Shown here: one piece after another, positions 52,401 through 64,000 of the stretch
Position numbering within the stretch: position 1 is the stretch's first letter
Layout: every line of letters starts with the position of its first letter
NCBI GenBank assembly: GCA_964057225.1
Contig: OZ059894.1
Location: forward strand, 15,128,001 to 15,192,000
Length of the DNA: 64,000 nt
Direction of reading: 5' to 3'
Source: Auanema rhodensis
Taxonomy: Eukaryota; Animalia; Nematoda
Made by a program: the position numbers and the translations under genes
The notes under the pieces: model-generated
Databases searched by the model: none
Told to the model about the DNA's origin: nothing
What the model saw: the letters and a program-made list of their open reading frames with translations, nothing else

Positions 52401-55400
52401 TCTCATCTCGTATTTTTCGCTTTAGGCTCTATCTACATACATACTACATATAGAGATACATAGATGTATATACATACATAGATGTATGTAGATATTCCTA
52501 TTTTAAATGAAACATATAGTCAATTAGATCTTTAAAAACAACAAAATAAAGTTTTTTTTTCAAAATTAAGAAACATAGTACAACCGTTCATGCAAAATTC
52601 CAACATTAAAATATTGCGTATGAAGTTAACGTGAAAATTGACGTGAAATACGTCATGATGCTGGCTTAATAGACCAAATCTATTACAAGCATCGCTATTG
52701 CAACTTACTAAGAATTTAGTAATTTCAGTAAATTATGTTGTACAAAGCCTTCAATTTAAAAAACATATTTATATTTTGATTAAAATTTCACCCTCAATCA
52801 TATCATTTGCCAACTATGCTATAGAATGGACGCAAATTTCTATTTTAATAATATGATTATGAAGAAAAATGTAAACATTTGAATAAGAAATGGCTATTTG
52901 TGGTTAATCACTACAATGAAATAAATTTTTTTTAGAAAAATCTTAAGAACTTTCGTTTTTTTTTCGCAGAACTTTCAATTATATTAACTATAATTCACAT
53001 TTTTTGACCAATGAATGAAGATATTTCAAAGTTTAATGATAACAAAAGTTCTTTCATTATATAGTAATATCTTTATATTGCTTATTTTAGCTGCTAATCA
53101 GTATTTTGAATTATAATATGAGCCGCTTAGCTCAAGTAATATGTTGGAAACTTAGTTTAACATGCCACTACTATAGCTTAAAATCAAATTTTCTAAGCTT
53201 TTAGTTTCAAACGGAGAGATTTCGATCAAAAATACTAAAAAAAAAGTTTAATTTTTTCTCAAAAGAGTTCTACTGAATAATTCGTTTTGAAAAATAATTC
53301 ATTTAAGCATGATATGTGTATGTATTTCTCGTTTATCTTCAAATTCTGAAAAACGTTCAAGAATAATGATCAGAAGCAACTCTTCAGCTTCTCATTCATA
53401 AGCTTTTGCTTTCTTGCTCAGATTTCTTCCGCTATCTATGTATGAGCATTTGTTAACAAAATTGATATTGAAACAAGAGAATAAGCTGAAGAGTGTGTAT
53501 CTTCAATTTGAATCATCAAGCTTGTTCATCTGATTTAGAGCACGAATATCATTATTAACTCGTTCAGATTTATGATTTCAAGCTACTTCCTTAATCTTCT
53601 TAAATCGGAGCTTTATGCAGGTCCAACAGGGAAATATTTAAGAAATAAATTAGAATTATCTCAACAGTTTAACAACAATCCTATATAATCTTTTATTTTT
53701 TCTAAATCAATGACATTGAATTAAGACATAAGTAACTTGGGAAAAAAAATGTTTTCAAACCTTAAATTTGCTTTTTTAATTTTTTGACTTTAATCTTCTC
53801 AATTTGATAAATAATTTTATTAAGTATTTAAGTTGAAATATGATAATTCTATTGTTCATCTGATATTTTTAATTCCTGAAACCTTTTACTAGTCTTCGAT
53901 CTCAAAACTTTTTTAAGTGAACTCTGTGATCTCTAATGATTATGAAAAACTCAATGACAAAGCTTATAAAGCCAAACTAACAAGAAATGAATACGTGATC
54001 TCTTAGTATATTCACTTATTCTTGTAACATTATCATTTATTTGTTTCTTATCTATCACCATGTAATTCATTTCCTCATATTTCTTCGTTATATCCCTCTC
54101 AAAGCCCAAGAGAGTATAAAGATTTTGAGCTAAAAGAAGCCAATATATTTCAGTTATTTTCAACAAGGAGACAACATCAGAAGAATAATTTGAATAGTTT
54201 TGTATTTACCACGTTCTATCATTTCCTAAACAAGAGAGAAAGAGAGAGAGAGAGGACGAACGAGAGGGGGAAAAAGCATCATAGAGCTGGCAAAATAAAA
54301 AAACTGAAAGAGAATACATGCTTACAAGAGGGTGCGAGTAGCCAGTGGATAACGGTAGAATCGCACACAGGAGCCGGAGGCGGAGCTAAGCTGGACGACA
54401 GGCTATGAAGAGCGAGAGAAAGAGAGAGGGAGAGAGATGTTTAAAGGCTGTGTAGTTGTCTCTGTGTGTCTGCTCTCTCCCTCATATCAATACTATCTGT
54501 TCCGTTGTCCCCCCGTGTGCACATACAAACACAGGGGCTCGCGACTCGAGTCCCCTCCCCCTCAAACCGGAGACTCGGCATTCAGACACTCTGTCCGAGA
54601 AGACAGAAGCGAACGGCACAAAACAAAGTGTTCGGCTTTATAGCATCTGACCAACCATCGTTCGTGGTCATTTCACTGGATCCTCTGACATTCCACTTCA
54701 GAGCAATCAGTGTAATTGCCAATTTCTGGAATTTCACACCTTATTCTAATCACCTCATTTAAACTGTTGTTGAATTGTTTCAACACAGAATCTTGCCAAT
54801 TCTACCTAAAGCTATACTCACTCTATCATGACTCAACTAAGCTTCTATCCAACTGCTGGTCAACCTACAGCACAAAGTATTCAACCTGTCGGAGTAGCAG
54901 ATCCCACGAATCAAATTCCAAATCCTTTTGAATTAACTATTACGGCTGCTCTTCGAAGTGCTTTTGAGCCAGAAAATCCAAGTTATTCGAGTAGGTTTTT
55001 AATTTCCGTTCTATCTAAATCCTCTAACTGCAAATCATCAATAAACAACGTTATCTTTTTTTCTTATTTTTCCTATCTCTTTGTCCTAAAAGGTACGAAC
55101 ATCTACACCATTTTCTCTCTCTCTATTTCTCTCATATATGATCAGATCTAGTTGAGAATTCATTGATGTTAAATCCTAAAATGATTAACCTTTTCTCAAA
55201 ATTGAATAGAAAATAAATAATAGTCTATTATTCTCCTATTTGAAATGAAGTTCAATGAAACAGCTTATTATCAGTTGAAATTTTTTCCGATGTTTCTTTC
55301 ATAATTATAAGATAATTCAGTAATATAACTGATTATCGTCTAAATGTCTGTGTAGTTAATGTTTCAATAGTTTCTTATGCCATTTTTGATTCTATTAATA

Positions 55401-55902
55401 AAATCTCTAATATTTGATGATAGAAACTTGAGATACAAATATCATCTTAATGTTTCAATAAAAGAAACAAAACTTCCTCAGATTACATGATGAAGTTTGT
55501 TGCAATCAGCAAGTGTATATCTTAAACTTGTTATCCAACAACCTTCTCCTACAAGCCATGTCACGACTGTTTAGACGTTTGCACTTCAAGTTTTTCGATA
55601 TTTCATCAAGAACGAAATTTTTGTTATTGACTTCACCATCTTCATCTTTCAGTTTTTTATAATTTTATGGCATTCTATCCCCATTTGAATTTGCTAAATT
55701 AAGAATATTTCTTCATTTTGTGCCTCATATCATACACGTTTCATAGAAAAAAGAGTATGAAATGAACCGCTGACCAGTACTAGTACGTACATGTCTTCAG
55801 TTTTTGAATAATGTCTAGACAAATGAGAAAGAAAAGAAAGAACACAATTAAAGTTCGTTGTGGGACCAACTAGCTAGAAGTAGTAAACACTTGTGTGTTT
55901 TC

Positions 55903-55949
<47 letters not shown>

Positions 55950-58900
55950 ATTTCTCTTGCTATTTATTTCTCTCTATGCTTTTTCGGGATACGAGAAAGC
56001 ATCTGAGCCCATGTATGACCGGCGTCATCAACAGATTCGCTTGAGGTTCTGATCGTCAGTCCTTCAACGGCCGCGTTCGATGACCGACGCTGAAGCCTTA
56101 TCTATCATGAATGTTTCAGTTTTTGTCCACTCACCCTTCTACCCTCTCCCTCGTCCATATACGGAAATTGAGTGGCTAAATGATCTTTTGTCCAACATTG
56201 CAGAATGTTTCTGCGTTCGTTTTTCAATGTTTAATAAACTATGAAAATATTTCCTCCTCTGAGATCAAATATATTATTTCAAACTGAATTGAGATGTTTT
56301 CAGCATACGTGAAAGCAAAAATTGACCATAATCCATTAGTTAACGGAATTAATATTTCATCTGAAACGAAGCTCAAAAAAAAGGAAAAATAGGAGAATGA
56401 ATAGCTAGCGATGATCTTGAAAAATCTTTTTAATTCTCTTAGTAACAGATTAGAGCATATAGACCAATGAAGTATTTGCATGGTTCATACATATGAAGCA
56501 TTATGAAGTAATCTTGCTACCTCTTATCCTATCTATAAAGAAACGTCGAAACCTATGCAACGGATTTGCACATTCTCTGTCGTTCAACGTTTTCATATCG
56601 AGAGTAGCGTTAAGAGCCATAAATGCTTCTTAGATGAAAACTGAGCTTTACAACAAAAGTTTTTCTGTGATGCGATATTCTGCGGAAATCCCAGTTTGTC
56701 AACATCGTAGAAAGTTGATTTTGGTCACATATAATGATGACGACGTCCACAACGACTCTAGCGGATGCCAATGTTGACGAACATAAAACGGCATGAAACA
56801 AGCTACTAGTAGTCTTGTGGACGAAAAATATACATATAACTCATTAAAGCTTCATTTCAATAAACCAATTTATTAATATTTGAAACATACAAGTATGTAT
56901 TCATAGAGTTGAAAAGGTTTTATTAATCAAAATACCAATTGATACGAAACGAAATTGGATTTCTCTTGTCATTATGACCTGGAACAGAGCTTCATATGTT
57001 GTTGCAATTTGAGATCTTGCTTCCTGAAGCCATATTTAGCTTTTCCAATTGAATTATACAAAGTTTGAAGGTTTAGTAAATATAGGCAACAATCTAATAT
57101 ATTTGCATTTCATAGCAGATATTTGAAAACAAAACAATTTCCTAATAATTATCTAACATTATAATTTTTTTCAGAACGCATTCCCAATTGCCAAAAGTGT
57201 GGTCAGCATGGTCGCAAATCTCGTCTGAAGGGACATAAACGAGTTTGCCCATTCAGAGACTGTCCGTGCTTCAAGGTTTGTTGACGATTGTTCTCATTTC
57301 TCCTGATAGTTTTTGCTTAAAAGTGAACAACAACTGCTGATTTGAATACAAATTCACCATATATAGACCGGTAGTGACCAGCACCGAGCACAAACTAGTG
57401 AGAGAGTGAGCAAAAGAAAGAAAAAAGGGAGGAGAAACAGAGGTGCCAATGAGTGTGGTGTATTCCATTTTCTGTTGTCCCTTAGAACATATTTTCCTTT
57501 CCGATAAACAATTAGATTGGCAACACGAACCATGCAGAAAAGCTTAAAGTATATTCAAAAAATAGCAGATTTTAGAGAAAACGAAAAAAATATTTGAGAT
57601 ATAATAGGAAAAGTAGTGGAAATGAGAGAGAGAGGTAGAGAGAGAGAATGGGTAAAGGGATTTATATTTTCTTTTGATAAATAAAGTTCTTCTATTCCAT
57701 TAAAAGTTTGTTATCTGGAAACTATGATGGTAAAAAGCAGTATTGTGAGGAAAAAAGCCATTGTGCTCTTTGAAGACGTATTTATCCAAACAAAGGATTC
57801 TTGAAAAGCACGATGACCAGTATGAAGAGTCAAAGTTGCTTCGGATAAAGAAGAGCAGTATTAAGAAAGAGAAATTTTTAATTTACTTGATTTTATTTCT
57901 TGAAAACGTTTTTGGAAATGAAGATCTTCATGAAGTTATTAAAACTTGAAACTGCTTATACTTGTTGACTTCAAGCTTGTCTTCAACACTTCCTCTTCTT
58001 TTGCCTTCATCTCTCAATAAAAGTTCGTGCATCAGAATCCGAATATGATGCGGAAACATCTGAGAAAAGTTGCCCTTATATGAGCATTAACCGTGAAAAA
58101 GGAAGAAAATAGAAACTTTATTTAAATATTTTACCGTCGTGATCCTCAGTCGAATCTTGAAGTAGTTGTGTAATAGGCTTCGTTTATCTAAGTTGAAACG
58201 ATAATGTCATAGTAAATTGAAAATTCGTTACTCTCTAGTCAACTAACTGATGATTCTCAGAATATTTGAAAATGAAAACGAGATCATGCTCTTCATACCA
58301 TAAAACGTATTGGCAGGATTACTAAAAGAACCAAATCCGCGTTTCTGCTCTCTGATTCTGATTCAGTCTCTCACAATGATCTTGCTATGATAATGTAGGA
58401 TTAATCTGTAAAAAGCTGAGAAAAGAAGAGAAAGGGGGGAGATATTTGCATTAAATGCTTAAAGTATTGTTTAATATTAATTAAAGATAATCAAGAACAT
58501 GGTTGATATATCCTGATATCTGACCATTTGTCTCCAATGATCATATAATCCTATCTAAAGATGAGTAAGATATTGTTTCCTTGTTGTTTCATACAACTTT
58601 GACGTGAAACAACATTCTTAAATGAGAGAAAAGACTAAAGATAATCAAGCCAATGTTACAGCTCAATCTTCTAAACACATTGAGACTAACAATGCTTTCG
58701 TCTAAACTTCTTCTTCAAGTCATCTCGTAATTCAAAAGTCAAGATTCACCGATTTCTCGTGTTTAGCTTTTACATTTCAAACTTGGTAATGTATTCAGTT
58801 GTTGCTGAATCTCCAGACATCTCATGTTCTCTCGTTCGTGTGCTCCTTCGTTGTGTTCTTCAATGCTAGAGCCAGGCACCGGGCAGTATGTCTATTTATG

Positions 58901-61900
58901 GAATGTCTAGCCTCAGGCTACTACGACAGATACTACTATGACTACTCGTTGTATGTGTATGTGCTCTCGTTTTCCTCTGTTTCTCTGTGTTTCCTCGTTT
59001 ACACTCTGTTTTCATCAAAAAACGAATGAAGAGGTAGTCAGAGATTAAGAGTATATATAAGAGAGAAATAGAAAACATGAGCAAGAAAAGAGTAGGAATA
59101 CGGAGAGAAGAACACTGAGCGGCACGATACATTTTAAATTGTTGTCCAGTGCCTCACATCAACAATATTGTTTACTCGTTGTTTACTCGCCGGTCACAAC
59201 ATGTCTCAGTGTTGCCACAGCTATTGATTCCATTTATGGAACGAACAGTGTTCAAACTGAAGCAGCGGGCGCCGGGCCTCGGTGTCCCGGCTTGTGTTCG
59301 ATTTCGGCCCTTCGTCGCGAAGCCCGGAAGAGCTTGTTTACTACTCGTACGCTTGTCTCTACTTTTTCCTAGTTCAGTTGTGCTCTCTAGAACGCTATAG
59401 ACTCCCAGCACACGGGCTGAACAATGACCGTTCGTCCTCTTCAGGATCCAAAGGGACAACGATGCTAGTCATGACATAATAAAAAAGGGATGAAATATAT
59501 GATATATTGCAAAAAAAAATTGAAAGAAAATAAAGATATATACAGTAAATATTACTATATTTAGAAATGATTAAATTAAAATTAGGCTGATAAAGTATTA
59601 ATAATTAAGAAATATCTAGTTTCATGATATTCTTATATCTCATTGCCTTTTTCTTGAATTACATCAAAATTAAGTGAATTATATGTTATAATTTTAACCG
59701 TAATTTCGTATCCTTTTTTTTGATTTCTTGAGCAATTGCAAAAAAATAAGTTTTTGGTCTTCAACTTGACAACTCAACTTGTTTCTCTTGAGAGCATATG
59801 TATTTTTCTTCCTCTGTTAAGCAGAAGTGTGAGCAAGACTACGATGTATAGAAAGCATGGTCAGCAGATGGGCTAAGCTTCACACAAGCTTGCACATAAA
59901 CATGTTGTTTTGACTTTCCTATGTTCATCGAAGCAAAAAAAGTATATTTCTTGTTTTATCATCGAGAAAAAAGAAATGAAGAAAGAACTAGAAAAAGGAT
60001 TTTTTGCAATGAAAATTTCAAAATGTTGCTACTTTGTTTTATTGAAATTTGATATTAACAGCAAAGAAGATCATTCTATAATTGAATTCAACTGATAATT
60101 CAATTGATTATAATCCTTGTTTCAATACATCACTCAAGATTTATGAACCAAGTAGGCTAATATCTAAAAGCAATCTAATTCATATAGATTGTCTTTGATG
60201 TTTTATACTATATGATCTATATTACTTAATAATGTTTGAGATCATCCATTAGCTTTACTACAACTCAGCTTCTCGTGATAGCAGTTCGTGTTGAAAGAAC
60301 AACACGGATATCCTGATATCGTTTTTTTCGTTCAAAAATTCTATGAAAAATGGCTGTGTTGCAAATAAAATGTTTAAAATCATATGACTTGTACAAAACG
60401 ACTGAAGTTGCATATGTTTTTTTCAATATTTTTGTTTACTTGCTGACCACTAGTTGGGCTGAAATATTTCAGTCAAGCAAAATAGAGGGAGAAACAGTGA
60501 AATTAACCGAGAAGAGGAGAGGAAAAAGAAAGAGAGAAGGAGTCAGAACTCTGTGGTCCATGATGTTTGTTTTTCCTAATCTGCAAAATAGATTGAAAAA
60601 CTATACGATGGTTGCCCGGAGGGAAATTTTTGCAATCGGCCAGTGGGTTTGTTTACGGGGGCTCGCATATTGTTGTTTACATTGTTTACTACTTTCTTTC
60701 CTTTTTGCTTTTTTTCTCTCACACCCTACTTTTTTCATTATCTCTTTGGAGCTCTTTTCGCTTCTGTATCTCTATTAGTTGTGACAAACTTCAAGCAATA
60801 TTCAGCTTTGGTTTCATGTTCAATAGTATGACCAAGTTAAACAATTGCAAATGTAATTTTGAATTTTATTATGAAATCTTTTATCTGCTTCCAATCTAAA
60901 ATTACCAATGTACAATATTTTGAAGTCTTGAAACAAAATCTTATTTCATATAACTATGATGTCCATTTTCTAAGTACTTAATACTAAAGATAATAACCAG
61001 TATCATCAGTTTAATGGAAAAAAAACCTGAAAACAGAAAAGCCATTGAAAGAAACTTAAAATAGAATCACGTGGTGTGATTTTGATGATAATTACTAACA
61101 ATATAATATTATCATCATAATTTATATGAAAGATGTTGTTAAATGATGAAAGAGCCCAGCATTTGCTCAATCCGTTTGAGTATTAATTGCTACTTGAATT
61201 TGAGAGAGTCACATCAAGAATATGAAACTGAAACATGCTTCTGGGGACATATACATAAACAGAGGGAGATTAAGTAATTAGAATGTTGAGATGACTTACG
61301 AGGCTTGCAAGTGATTCACACTTATTCACGTTTTCACGTAAGCACGTAAGCACGCGAACTCAGTGGTTTAGGTACATACATGTATGTATATATGAATTTA
61401 GTTAAATATTGAAACATTGTTATTAACAATATTGGAAAATCTTATTACTCAATGTTAAGAGAAGAATGCTCGTGTAGACAAACAACTTTATCTTTAGCCA
61501 TGTCCGATTTACTCAATTTCTTCAGGGGATTAAAAAAATAAATGAAAAGTTCCTTCAAAATGAAAGAAAAATCAAGCAGAATTATTTGTTGTAAATTATT
61601 TCTAAGCATTTCATGTCAATAATAGCTGAGCTCGCAAGCTTGAAATCTTATAACAGAAGTAAAAGAAACATGAAGGGATTTGATCTATTTTTAAGCTTTT
61701 CAAATGCTATAAAAAAGTTTATTCAGTCCACAAATTTCTATGAACATTGTCAAACTCTAGAGAGGGGGGGGGCTATTGTTTATAGCAATTGAGAACGAAA
61801 TTCATTTAAAATTTATTAAAAAATATTACTTTAAGTAACATAATAACCTAGATTTTAAAAAGAAAAATTGTAATTCATGTATTTTTAGTGCCATTTGGTA

Positions 61901-62736
61901 ACTGATCGTCAGAAGTTAATGGCTGAACAAATTAAAATCAGAAGACGTCAACGTAAAGATCATTTGATGAATATGACTAGAGAACAGATCACTAGTACTT
62001 TAAATGCTGCTGCTGCTTTATCAGCCGCCGGAAACTTCACCTTTAACCCCTTAATATGTAAGTTTTCTTTTAAATTATTTTCATTTCAAAAGTCGTATAT
62101 ATTGAATTGAGATCTTTTTATTTTGACCAACGGATATCCACATCAAAACATAGTTTTAATATTGTTCTCTTCTCTATTTTGAAAATATCATATGAAGTTA
62201 GTATAGAAATAGAAATAGACTCGAAAATCAGAATAATTTGTATTTTGAATTGGAACTATGTTTCTAAATGTCGTTTGAGTTGAAACTATAGCCTTCCTAT
62301 CTCATATCTAAATATACATTTATTCAGCTATTTATATATTTATATGTCTATCATGAATCTGTTAAATATGCTAACTATGTCTAACTTTCGCTGAGAATCA
62401 CAATTTTATTTCAAACTTCTCCGTCCTAAATATAGTAGACATAAGAAATGTGCCGACAGTTTGTAGTCATAGATCGCTGTAACAGAAAGTTGGAACATGA
62501 ATAATTCGAAAATCTTTAATTGAAAACAAAGAAATAATATGAATTTCTACAGATTTTAATATAAAATACCCTATATATATATAAATGATTTTCATAATTA
62601 ATATACTTTTTTCGTCTACTTTGTTTTTAAAATTGTTTTCAATATTATTATAAATGTACTTTGAAACATATTTTGTCTCGAATATGTTTCTGATTTATCG
62701 AACTAGCGTTTATTAAGTTTTCTATTATTTATATAA

Positions 62737-62790
<54 letters not shown>

Positions 62791-63917
62791 GTATATATGT
62801 ATAGTTTGAGACCAACAGCCAATTATAATAATAACTTTTGAATTATTTCCCTTTTTTTACTGTAAAAACCGCTTACGATGTAATTTACGATAAAAGGAAA
62901 GATAAAACTATATAAGGTTTAAGAGAAGAATGCTTACATGCTTTTCCTATTATCTATCTTCTTCTATATAAGCCAATAGGGATTTATCTTAGTTTCAGTT
63001 ATAAGCATAGAGAAGATTAAAGAGTAAAAATCTCGTTTAAAAGTAGAATAAATCGGATAAATTATAATTATTCAAGTTATTTACAATATATTATTATATA
63101 GACATGTACTATGATTATCATTTGAACAAAAATTGTTATAAAAGGACAAATGAAGAATCTAGTACATGTTGACTCCTTTTCAGTCTATCTTGTTTCTTAT
63201 TGTACAGCTTAATAGATCAAAATGTCTGTAAACCATATGAAAACAGAAATGTTTATTAGTCTGATCTAACTTACCGAAATAATTTGTCGTTTGTTCTGAC
63301 ATCATTCATTAATAGTGGCAGGGAAATGGATAAAGTAAATTAAATATGACAAAAACATATAAACTAATTACAATCATAACTCTATAATTTCATGTTGTTG
63401 TTGTTATTAAAATTTTTATGGATATACATGATTTGCCTTCTATTTGATTCCTCTTCTAATTATGCGTTTTTCAGTCCAAGACAACCAGCTGCCTTGCTCT
63501 CTTCTCACCTCACCAGCAGCTTCTTCCGATGGCAGCTCATACTCTCCAACGAATGTCATCAGCCAACCGTTCCGCACTTCGCCAGAACTCATGACTGCTG
63601 CCACACCAACTAGTGCTGCTCCAATTACCACTACCGCAAGTGGCGCCAGCGCACCTGTTGTATCGGCGGCTACTGCCGCTGCAGCTGTGTCCGCCGCAGC
63701 GACCATTACATCACCAAGCCCACCAAGCCCTCAAGGCATTTTGGCACCTGTAGCCATAAATCCAGCCTTCAGCTTCCCACTCTTCAGTAGTGAAGCATTA
63801 ATTCAGCTGCTCGCCAGCTACAAGATTCTGGATCCTGCAGCTCCAACACTGAAGGCGGATCATGCTCAGGAGAAGATGGATCTCAGTAATCCAATCATTG
63901 ATGTGTGTTCCGTCTAG
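49480..63917 (+). CDS. Doublesex/mab-3 family transcription factor with two DM domains (dmd-6/dmd-7-like), 352 aa, 7 exons
   Basis: Exons 49480-49521, 49574-49640, 49805-49872, 49965-50133, 57175-57275, 61889-62057, 63475-63917 total 1059 nt in frame. DM1 YYCQRCLNHQRAEPRKNHKCDCPYASCTCEFCILVEKRR; DM2 RIPNCQKCGQHGRKSRLKGHKRVCPFRDCPCFKCHLVTDRQKLMAEQIKIRR; Ala/Pro/Ser-rich tail. Confidence 0.93.
54828..54990 (+). CDS. Alternative first coding exon of the DM-domain gene (single-DM isoform)
   Basis: ATG-initiated 163-nt exon (MTQLSFYPTAGQ...EPENPSYS) ends in phase 1 at a GTAGGT donor, matching the phase-1 acceptor at 57175 (gives K-RIPNCQKC); GC-rich, GA-flanked promoter-like region upstream. Confidence 0.65.
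55906..55947. repeat. (CT)21 microsatellite in DM gene intron
   Basis: Read directly from the sequence. Confidence 0.95.
62741..62784. repeat. (AT)22 microsatellite in DM gene intron
   Basis: Read directly from the sequence. Confidence 0.95.
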
Positions 63918-64000
63918 GCTTCAGACAATTACATGACTGTAACGACGTGATCCGAAGTCAAATTTAACTTGTCATTCGTCTCCATCACATGTAATATTCC

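Noticed and set aside
59271-59470. SRP RNA-like hints (GCCGGGC start; TCAGGATCCAAAGGGA near 59441)
   Set aside because: Lacks the GNRA loop/AGCAG of helix 8 and a suitably placed T-run terminator.
60211-60260. bantam/miR-81-like TGAGATCATC
   Set aside because: Pairing does not extend over the putative mature sequence.
58508-60320. ATATCCTGATATC repeated at 58508 and 60308
   Set aside because: Two copies of an AT-rich 13-mer with unrelated flanks; compatible with chance.
63440-63706. Minus-strand Ala/Val-rich ORF (also the plus-strand ORF at 7042-7344)
   Set aside because: Antisense shadows of real coding exons.
1-64000. tRNA, rRNA, SL/snRNA genes, transposase or RT ORFs, TTAGGC telomeric arrays, CRISPR
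   Set aside because: None recognisable by eye; only isolated TTAGGC hexamers and partial A/B-box-like strings (near 53122 and 26721) without a cloverleaf.

Overview
AT-rich eukaryotic genomic DNA, very probably a rhabditid (clade V) nematode: most introns are ~42-60 nt, many acceptors are TTTCAG-like, trans-splice-type acceptors sit just before start codons, and several genes resemble C. elegans ones. Gene models were spliced by hand; the supplied ORF track is mostly noise. Family assignments come from remembered motifs, not database searches. 1-14 kb is gene-dense and operon-like: SLC46-type MFS transporter (3' part), a 67-aa neuropeptide-like precursor, TMEM72/Flower-like protein, TJAP1/BEGAIN-like coiled-coil protein, alpha-SNAP, a ZNF511-like zinc-finger exon, Borealin/CSC-1, PGS1, TMEM186 and a PAQR. 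14-31 kb holds a soluble cytochrome b5, a MOLO-1-like protein and a small single-pass membrane protein with microexons. 31-49 kb is a CT/GA-rich region with no recognisable gene. 49.5-63.9 kb is a two-DM-domain (doublesex/mab-3 family) transcription factor with an internal alternative first exon. The most striking structure: the ZNF511-like coding exon, with its own poly(A) signal, lies on the same strand inside intron 1 of alpha-SNAP and splices in frame to alpha-SNAP exon 1, suggesting one locus making two unrelated proteins from a shared coding exon.
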